Assembly (NCBI GenBank): GCA_965116875.1
Contig: OZ220733.1
Span: forward strand, 1,216,001 to 1,280,000
From: Candidatus Latescibacterota bacterium
GTDB lineage: Bacteria; Latescibacterota; UBA2968; GCA-2709665
Reading direction: 5' to 3'
Length of the DNA: 64,000 nt
The number at the start of each line of letters is the position of its first letter. The first letter of the stretch is position 1. A model generated the notes under the pieces. The model was given only the letters and a program-made list of their open reading frames with translations, made no database searches and had not been told where the DNA came from. Of this stretch, positions 57,891 to 64,000 are shown piece after piece. The position numbers and the translations under genes were made by a program.

Positions 57891-58646
57891 CTATTTTCCG
57901 TGCCCCTCAACATCCTCGTTTTCGGAGCCGGCCGTGTTACCGGCTTCGATTCTTTCGTAGAGATCCGGACGCCGTTTCCGGGTTCGCTGCACGGCCGCGT
58001 CGCGTCGCCAACGTGCGATCCGCTGATGGTCTCCGCTCAACAGAACGTCGGGTACCCGCAACCCCTCGAACTCTCGGGGCCTTGTATACCACGGACAATC
58101 CAGAAGCCCGTTCTGGAACGAATCCTCCAGGGCGGATTCCGCGTCTCCCACCGCCCCGGGAATCAATCGCACGATGGCATCCATCAACACCAGCGCGGGC
58201 AATTCGCCGCCGCTCAAAACGTAATCGCCAACAGAAATCTCTTCGGTAACGTATAACTCGCGAATGCGTTCGTCGATTCCGCGGTACCGTCCGCACAAAA
58301 ACACGAGACCAGGCGCAACAGAAAGCCGGTTCACCGTCGGCTGATCCAGCCGCTTTCCGTCAGGCGTCAGGAAAATCACGTGCTCCGGCGACCGTCCGGC
58401 GTCCTGAATGGCGGCAAGTACGCGGGCGACCGGTTCCGGTTTAAATACCATCCCCGCTCCGCCGCCGAAAGGTGCATCGTCCACCGTACGGTGAACGTCA
58501 TCCGTAAAATCCCGCAAATCGTGCGCGACGACGTCTACCAGGCCGGCACGGATCGCACGCCCTGAAATGCCGTATGCAACCGCTTCCCGGATCAGATCGG
58601 GGAATATGGTGAGAAAGTCGATATGCACAGCAGCCCGCCGAATCAT
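57891..58646 (-). CDS. trmD: tRNA (guanine-N1)-methyltransferase; start may be GTG 58628
   Basis: LTIFP, VDDAPFGGGAGMV, CGRYRGIDER, SVGDYVLSGGE, YTRP, VPDVLLSGDH. Confidence 0.96.
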   Translation of the reverse strand: MIRRAAVHIDFLTIFPDLIREAVAYGISGRAIRAGLVDVVAHDLRDFTDDVHRTVDDAPFGGGAGMVFKPEPVARVLAAIQDAGRSPEHVIFLTPDGKRLDQPTVNRLSVAPGLVFLCGRYRGIDERIRELYVTEEISVGDYVLSGGELPALVLMDAIVRLIPGAVGDAESALEDSFQNGLLDCPWYTRPREFEGLRVPDVLLSGDHQRIARWRRDAAVQRTRKRRPDLYERIEAGNTAGSENEDVEGHGK

Positions 58647-58651
58647 TCCGT

Positions 58652-59185
58652 CTACTGATCGAGAAGTCCCTCCACGTTCTTCACAACCAGACGCCCGCCC
58701 GACAGGTCAATCCGTACCAGATCCTTCGCAGCGGGAATCAGCGCCTCGCCGCCATCTTCCCTCTTGACAACGTATAGATCATTTCCGGGATGGGACAACA
58801 CATCGACCACGCGTCCGACTTCCAGGCCTTCTTCGGTCTCGACCTTCAACCCCGCGATCTGGAACACATAGTACGTATCTTCAGGAAGCGGATACACCTC
58901 GTGGGCCGGAACCAGCAACTCGCTCCCGCGAAACGGCGCAACCGCTTCAGGCGTATCGATATCGTGAAATTTAACGGCCATCCGCCGTCCGCAGTTCCGA
59001 ATCCGCTCGATCCCGAGTGTCGTCCGATTCCCGTCGGGCCTTTCCACCAGCACGCTCTTGAGAACCTGAAACCGTTCAGGATAATCCGTAAGCGGATGCA
59101 GAAAAGCCTCGCCACCGAGGCCCCTGGGCTTCAGAACCCTGCCGATAGCGACGTTTTGTTTCCGTTGTACCGGATCCTGGGGCAA
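58652..59185 (-). CDS. rimM: 16S rRNA processing protein RimM
   Basis: IGRVLKPRGLGGE, LPEDTYY, GNDLYVV, LIPA; conserved gene order. Confidence 0.93.
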   Translation of the reverse strand: MPQDPVQRKQNVAIGRVLKPRGLGGEAFLHPLTDYPERFQVLKSVLVERPDGNRTTLGIERIRNCGRRMAVKFHDIDTPEAVAPFRGSELLVPAHEVYPLPEDTYYVFQIAGLKVETEEGLEVGRVVDVLSHPGNDLYVVKREDGGEALIPAAKDLVRIDLSGGRLVVKNVEGLLDQ

Positions 59186-59188
59186 GGA

Positions 59189-59494
59189 CTATTCCCCGGC
59201 TTCAGCGTCGGTTTCGTCCGTTTCGCCCGTATCGGCGCCGGGCGCAATGTCCTGGCTCAGAATACCCTGTTGCCGAAGCAGACTCTTCACAGTTCCCGAC
59301 GGCTCCGCGCCCTGATCCAGCCAGTGGCGCGCCCGCTCCTCGTTCAGCCGCACCAGCTGCGGATTCATCGTGGGATCGTAATAACCGAGGCTCTCAATGA
59401 ACCGACCGTCCCGAGGGAACCGGCCATCGGCGACCACAACCCGGTAGAACGGCGCATTCCTGGCGCCCTTTCGGGTCAATCGAATCTTTACCAA
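59189..59494 (-). CDS. rpsP: 30S ribosomal protein S16
   Basis: SD GGGAGG + TTG; VKIRLTRKG, PFYRVVVAD, RDGRFIESLGYYDP, GAEPS. Confidence 0.96.
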   Translation of the reverse strand: MVKIRLTRKGARNAPFYRVVVADGRFPRDGRFIESLGYYDPTMNPQLVRLNEERARHWLDQGAEPSGTVKSLLRQQGILSQDIAPGADTGETDETDAEAGE

Positions 59495-59601
59495 AGTAAA
59501 TCCTCCCATTAGGAAACCACTACACCCAGTTTTTTTTCAACGTCGTGAAAGTCAACCCCGGTTCCCGCATGCCGCCGATGCCAACCTGGAAAGGCGCCTC
59601 C

Positions 59602-60930
59602 TCAACCCGGGAACGGTACAGGCGCGCCGCGGCCCTGCTTCTCCATTCTCGACATCCGTCTCATCATCTTTCGCATCATTCCGAACTGTTTGATCAGCCT
59701 GTTGACTTCCTGGATACTGCGTCCGCTGCCAACCGCGATTCGCCGGCGCCTGCTGCCATTCAGGATCTGCGGATTGACGCGTTCCTGCCGCGTCATTGAC
59801 AGGATGATCGCTTCGGTATGCACGAACGCATCGTCATCCACGTCCAGTCCCTTCATTGCCTTTCCGGCCCCGGGAATCATGTCCATCAGCTGGCTCAATG
59901 GTCCCATCCTGCGTACCTGGTCCAATTGCTGCAGAAAATCATCGAACGTAAACGCTTCGCTTCGCAGCTTCTTCTCCAGCTTCTTCGCCTGTCTGACGTC
60001 CACCGCATCCTGCGCCCGCTCCACCAGCGTCACCACGTCGCCCATACCCAGAATCCGGGAGGCCATCCGGTCCGGATGAAACGGTTCTATACCGTCCACC
60101 TTCTCGCTGACGCCCGCGTATTTGATGGGCACACCCGTGACGTCGCGGATGGACAGCGCCGCGCCGCCGCGCGTATCGCTATCGAGGCGAGTCAGGACGA
60201 TTCCCGTAAAGTCGAGCTGTTCGTAGAACGCCGTAGCCGCCGAGACCGCATCCTGGCCCGTCATCCCGTCCGCGACGAACAGAATCTCTCCCGGCGAAAC
60301 CGCTTCGCGTATCTTCCTCAGCTCCTCCATCCGCGCATCATCGACGTGCAGCCGGCCGGCCGTATCCAGAATAACGGGGTCCATCCCGTCCGCCCGCGCC
60401 AGATCCACCGCCCCGGCGCAAATCAACGCCGGATCGGTCCCCTCCGCGGCCCGGTGGACCGGGACGTCGATTGACGCGCCAAGAACGCAAAGCTGATCGA
60501 TGGCGGCAGGACGGTAGATATCCGCCGCCACAAGGAGCGGCCTGCGGCCCTTCGCCTTCAGGAGGCGCGCAAGCTTGGCGCAAAGCGTTGTCTTGCCCGA
60601 CCCCTGCAGACCGACTACCATAACGACATTGGGCGCCGGTCCGGTCAGATTCAACTCCTGGTGCTCGTCTCCAAGGAGGTGAATCAATTCGTCGTGCACG
60701 ACCTTGACGACCTGCTGCCCGGGGGTAATGCTCCGCAACACCTCCTGTCCGATCGCCCGCTCCCTGACACGGGCAACGAACGTCCTCGCCACTTTATAGT
60801 TGACATCCGCCTCAAGAAGCGCGCGACGCACGTCTCTGAGCGCTTCATCGATATTGACTTCGGCCAACCTGCCGCGGCCTCGGAGTTTTTTGAAAACCCC
60901 TTCCAGCTTTTCCGTGAGATGATCGAACAT
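59602..60930 (-). CDS. ffh: Signal recognition particle protein Ffh
   Basis: ALLEADV, GLQGSGKTT, DTAGR, RILGMGD, Met-rich M domain with SRRRRIA.GSG. Confidence 0.97.
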   Translation of the reverse strand: MFDHLTEKLEGVFKKLRGRGRLAEVNIDEALRDVRRALLEADVNYKVARTFVARVRERAIGQEVLRSITPGQQVVKVVHDELIHLLGDEHQELNLTGPAPNVVMVVGLQGSGKTTLCAKLARLLKAKGRRPLLVAADIYRPAAIDQLCVLGASIDVPVHRAAEGTDPALICAGAVDLARADGMDPVILDTAGRLHVDDARMEELRKIREAVSPGEILFVADGMTGQDAVSAATAFYEQLDFTGIVLTRLDSDTRGGAALSIRDVTGVPIKYAGVSEKVDGIEPFHPDRMASRILGMGDVVTLVERAQDAVDVRQAKKLEKKLRSEAFTFDDFLQQLDQVRRMGPLSQLMDMIPGAGKAMKGLDVDDDAFVHTEAIILSMTRQERVNPQILNGSRRRRIAVGSGRSIQEVNRLIKQFGMMRKMMRRMSRMEKQGRGAPVPFPG

Positions 60931-60975
60931 GGGGCGGGCCCGGGGGTTTATCCTAAAATGAGAAACAGACCTGTA

Positions 60976-61004
60976 AAAATACGGGACGACAGGAATTTAC
61001 GCAA
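60976..61004 (-). promoter_or_regulatory. sigma70 promoter of ffh
   Basis: Minus strand TTGCGT-N17-TATTTT. Confidence 0.55.
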
Positions 61005-61032
61005 CAAAAAAAGCTCCAGAACAAGGGCCTCG

Positions 61033-61698
61033 CTACGCCAGACCCGCCATTCCCGCGCGCCGCAACGCAGCCACGTTTTCACCCACCTTGCCGTCGCGAA
61101 ACGCGGACGATCCGGCCACCAGCACTTCCGCTCCCGCCGCGACCGCCAGCCCCGCGTTTTCCAACCCGATACCCCCGTCGATTTCTATTTCGGCATTCAC
61201 ACCCTGACGCACGACCTCCGCACGCAATCTCCGCACCTTTTCCAGTGACTCCGGCATAAACGCCTGGCCGCCGAATCCAGGCTCCACCGACATCACAAGC
61301 GCAAGATCCAGAGACGGCAATAGAGGATACAACGCCTCCACCGGTGTTGCGGGCTTTACCGTGGCGCCTGCCCGCATTCCCCTCCTATGGATTTCACCCA
61401 GCAGTGCGGGCACATCCGCGCCGGCCTCCACGTGGACAGTGCAGATGTCGGTCCCGCTGTCCGCGAACGCCCTCAGGTATCTGCCCGGATCCGAAATCAT
61501 AAGGTGCACGTCCAGGGTCAGCGCCGTCGTTTTCCGTATGGCTTCCACAACCATGGGACCAAAGGTGATATTGGGTACGAAATGCCCGTCCATCACATCC
61601 AGGTGAATATAGTCCGCGCCGGCCGCTTCCACCGCCCGAATCTCGCGTTCGAGCGCGATAAAATCCGCTGCCAGGAAGGACGGGGCGATTTTGACCAT
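61033..61698 (-). CDS. rpe: Ribulose-phosphate 3-epimerase
   Basis: IAPSFLAADF, IHLDVMDGHFVPNITFG, DVHLMI, MSVEPGFGGQ, EIDGGI. Confidence 0.97.
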   Translation of the reverse strand: MVKIAPSFLAADFIALEREIRAVEAAGADYIHLDVMDGHFVPNITFGPMVVEAIRKTTALTLDVHLMISDPGRYLRAFADSGTDICTVHVEAGADVPALLGEIHRRGMRAGATVKPATPVEALYPLLPSLDLALVMSVEPGFGGQAFMPESLEKVRRLRAEVVRQGVNAEIEIDGGIGLENAGLAVAAGAEVLVAGSSAFRDGKVGENVAALRRAGMAGLA

Positions 61699-61782
61699 AA
61701 GAAGAACCTCCAATTTTCCGGCAGGGAAGTATGGAAGTGCGGCGGCTTGAATGGATCACCGGTGCGCGGCGGCAGCCAACGG

Positions 61783-62517
61783 CTACAATGTACTCACCAC
61801 CAGCCGCACCCGAGTGCCCTGCTTTACTTCTTCCCCTGACCCGGGCACGTGCCGGATCACCACGTTCAACAGATGCTGGGTGCTGAACTCATATCGGATG
61901 TCCCGTACCTGCAGTCCGGCTTCCGCCAATTCGGCGCGGGCGGTTTCAAGCGGTTTCCCAACCAGATCCGGCATTGGGACCATCTCTCCGGGAGGGCCGT
62001 TGCTGATCGTAACCGAGATTGGTGTTCCGCTCTGTACCTGTTGTCCGGGTGGCGGGTCCTGGCTGATGATCAATCCCTCCCTGACGATTTCAGACGCATC
62101 TTCAAGCGTGTCTCCCATGGCCAGGCCCGCCTGTGCGATCCACAACTGGGCCTGGCGCAGGGATTTCTCGCTGAGATCGGGCACTTCGTAGAGCCTGACC
62201 CCGCGACTCGGCACCGCATAGACCGTCCGGTTCATCTTCACGTGCGAATTCGCAAGCGGATTCTGTTGTACCAGCCTGCCCTCGGCAATGGAGGTGTCCC
62301 ATCGCGAAGGCTGCAGCTTCAACCTCAGCCCCCGTTGGGACAACGCACGGTCGGCGTCTTCGGGTGTCAGATTGACGATATCGGGGACCTCAACACGCTG
62401 GCCGGCCCGGACCAACCACGGCATGAAGAATCGATCGAGCAGGATCAGCCCCACGATTCCGGTGAAAACCGCGCAGCCCGCGAACAACGCCGCCTCACGG
62501 AGGAGCTTCTTGAACAT
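61783..62517 (-). CDS. Membrane-anchored triple-PASTA domain protein
   Basis: TM helix then three VPD/MPD...A...L...GL...Q.P repeats; no kinase domain. Confidence 0.88.
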   Translation of the reverse strand: MFKKLLREAALFAGCAVFTGIVGLILLDRFFMPWLVRAGQRVEVPDIVNLTPEDADRALSQRGLRLKLQPSRWDTSIAEGRLVQQNPLANSHVKMNRTVYAVPSRGVRLYEVPDLSEKSLRQAQLWIAQAGLAMGDTLEDASEIVREGLIISQDPPPGQQVQSGTPISVTISNGPPGEMVPMPDLVGKPLETARAELAEAGLQVRDIRYEFSTQHLLNVVIRHVPGSGEEVKQGTRVRLVVSTL

Positions 62518-62641
62518 CCGTCTTGTTTCCCGCCTGATAAAGTAACGAAATAACGCACCCTGTGCGGAGGAATGAGACCTCCGGGCAGTGCCAGATCCAA
62601 AAATAGGACATCGTCCTTCCGGTGTCAAGATCGTGCACCCT

Positions 62642-63574
62642 TCAACGTCCAAACGTCACGGAGACCCGGTGCGTGAGCCCCAACACTGTATGGTGCAGCG
62701 TCGCGTAATCGATCCGCAGGCCCCGATGAAGCACACCCGCCCCCACAGACAAACGCTCGGCCCTGCCCCCGGCGCCCATACGAAGCATAACCCGGCGGGC
62801 GGGTCTGTATTCCACGCCCGCACTCACCCCCGTGGGCCGGCCGGCCTCCTTGCGAACGTCCACGAGCAGCGACACGTTGCGTGCCGCCTCGAACCCCACG
62901 CCTGCCATTCCACCCTGACCCAATACGTCCACCGACTGCCCGCCTGCATTCCACGCCGCGAGTCCGAGTGTGATTCTCGGGCCGAGTATGATCCTGGCGC
63001 CCGGATCGAACGCGGTCCACGCGCGGCCCTCGGCGCCGGCAACGGACAGTTGCATGCGCCGGATCCTGACCCCGAGACCCAGCCGGGACACCACCCGCAT
63101 GCCGAATGTCATCCCGGCTGTCCTTTCCCGATACAGGCTGAATCCGTACTCCAGATAACCCAGGCCCACGGCCATGCGGCCGGTAGACGCGACTGCCCCG
63201 ATCGCGTGGGCATCCAGCACCGCCATGCCAAACGGCCGCTCGTACCCACCCGTGATACAGACGCCCTTCCCCCAGGCTACCGCGCCCGCATTCCAGAAGA
63301 CACCGTCGACGCCTTCCGCAAAACCAGCGAACGTGTCTCCCATCCCTCCGGACCGGGCGCCCACCGCCCGAAACTCGAATGCGGCGTCAGCCTGAAACGC
63401 GATCGTGAAAACACACAGGAGCCCGCGGCAAGCCGCGAGCCCGATCCGTAGTTTGAGTACACTGCACCTCGCCGCGCGGCCGGCCCATCCGCCCTGGCCT
63501 GCCGCAATGCGCGGCCTTCGCTCCTCGCGGGCATTGCCGGTCCGGCGCGCCGCGTTTTCCGGATAAGATCCCAT
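62642..63574 (-). CDS. PorV/PorQ-like outer-membrane beta-barrel (T9SS-associated family); start uncertain
   Basis: Signal-like segment then VGARSGGMG...GVFWNAGA, GVEY...LRMG, IDYA...LGLTHRVSVTF C-terminus. Confidence 0.65.
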   Translation of the reverse strand: MGSYPENAARRTGNAREERRPRIAAGQGGWAGRAARCSVLKLRIGLAACRGLLCVFTIAFQADAAFEFRAVGARSGGMGDTFAGFAEGVDGVFWNAGAVAWGKGVCITGGYERPFGMAVLDAHAIGAVASTGRMAVGLGYLEYGFSLYRERTAGMTFGMRVVSRLGLGVRIRRMQLSVAGAEGRAWTAFDPGARIILGPRITLGLAAWNAGGQSVDVLGQGGMAGVGFEAARNVSLLVDVRKEAGRPTGVSAGVEYRPARRVMLRMGAGGRAERLSVGAGVLHRGLRIDYATLHHTVLGLTHRVSVTFGR

Positions 63575-63755
63575 TCCATGGAGAACTGTTCCGCAATTTC
63601 CGTGCCTTTCTTCGTCTGCGTACGGTGACAATCGACTATCTATTTAAGTACCATAAACTTGAGGCGAATGTGTCGAGATTTCACCCGGTCCGTGGACCCG
63701 CCGTCGCCGTGTTGTATGCTACAGTACGCCATGGAGCTGTCGTCCGGAGGAGGAC

Positions 63756-63787
63756 AGAAAGAGCCCGCGGGTTAACACCCGCGGGCC
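63756..63787 (-). terminator. Rho-independent terminator-like hairpin
   Basis: Minus strand GGCCCGCGGG-TGTTAA-CCCGCGGGCTC followed by TTTCTGT. Confidence 0.6.
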
Positions 63788-63823
63788 GAAATGAAATGGC
63801 CCGGACTCTTCATGGGCGTTATA

Positions 63824-63843
63824 TTTCGCACATATGTGCGAAA
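63824..63843. promoter_or_regulatory. 20-bp perfect palindrome, candidate transcription-factor operator
   Basis: TTTCGCACAT|ATGTGCGAAA. Confidence 0.55.
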
Positions 63844-64000
63844 ACACACCGACAAACCAGGGTTGGACCTACAGGAACCGCATCGGGAAGGACGCAGCGG
63901 GGGAAACCGTTCTTCTGTTCTATTTCCGGCGCTATCCGCACTCTTCCCGGGAAGCGTGGCGCAAACGTATCGTGTCCGGTGACGTACGGCTGGATGACAG

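Noticed and set aside
59185-59189. No KH-domain (khpA) gene between rpsP and rimM
   Set aside because: The direct rpsP-rimM order is common (e.g. E. coli) and not unusual
1-64000. CRISPR array, cas genes, integrase, transposase, rRNA
   Set aside because: No regularly spaced repeats or recognisable motifs found by eye

Overview
GC-rich bacterial DNA, probably from an FCB-superphylum lineage such as Latescibacterota. This is an inference from gene content (PorV-like barrel, DUF3098, expanded DUF6785 and PhyH families), not a database result. About 57 kb of accessory DNA lies off the 3' end of a tRNA-Val(TAC), followed by a housekeeping block (PASTA protein, rpe, ffh, rpsP, rimM, trmD, rplS). 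The accessory part holds: (1) defence genes (5'-truncated DarG coupled to type I R-M hsdR, an AbiEi/AbiEii pair, an orphan HIRAN gene, an AAA_14-DUF4143 ATPase bracketed by a repeated dyad); (2) a ~16 kb co-oriented locus with three paralogous DUF6785-like membrane proteins interleaved with PhyH dioxygenases, a GH42-like enzyme, a DgoD-like dehydratase, a tandem amidohydrolase and two copies of a 199-bp MITE-like repeat; (3) an MpaB/Lcp-family oxygenase + MMPL + LolA-like + beta-barrel + Tat dioxygenase operon; (4) the best candidate for a new system, a metal-homeostasis operon in which a His-rich DUF318/SO_0444-type permease is fused to an SPFH (HflK-like) domain and followed by its own HflC, HflK, a periplasmic binding protein, a small membrane protein and a ZIP transporter with a structured leader. 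The tRNA-Val 5' end also overlaps the stop codon of the upstream CDS. All family assignments come from motif recognition by eye; no searches were run.
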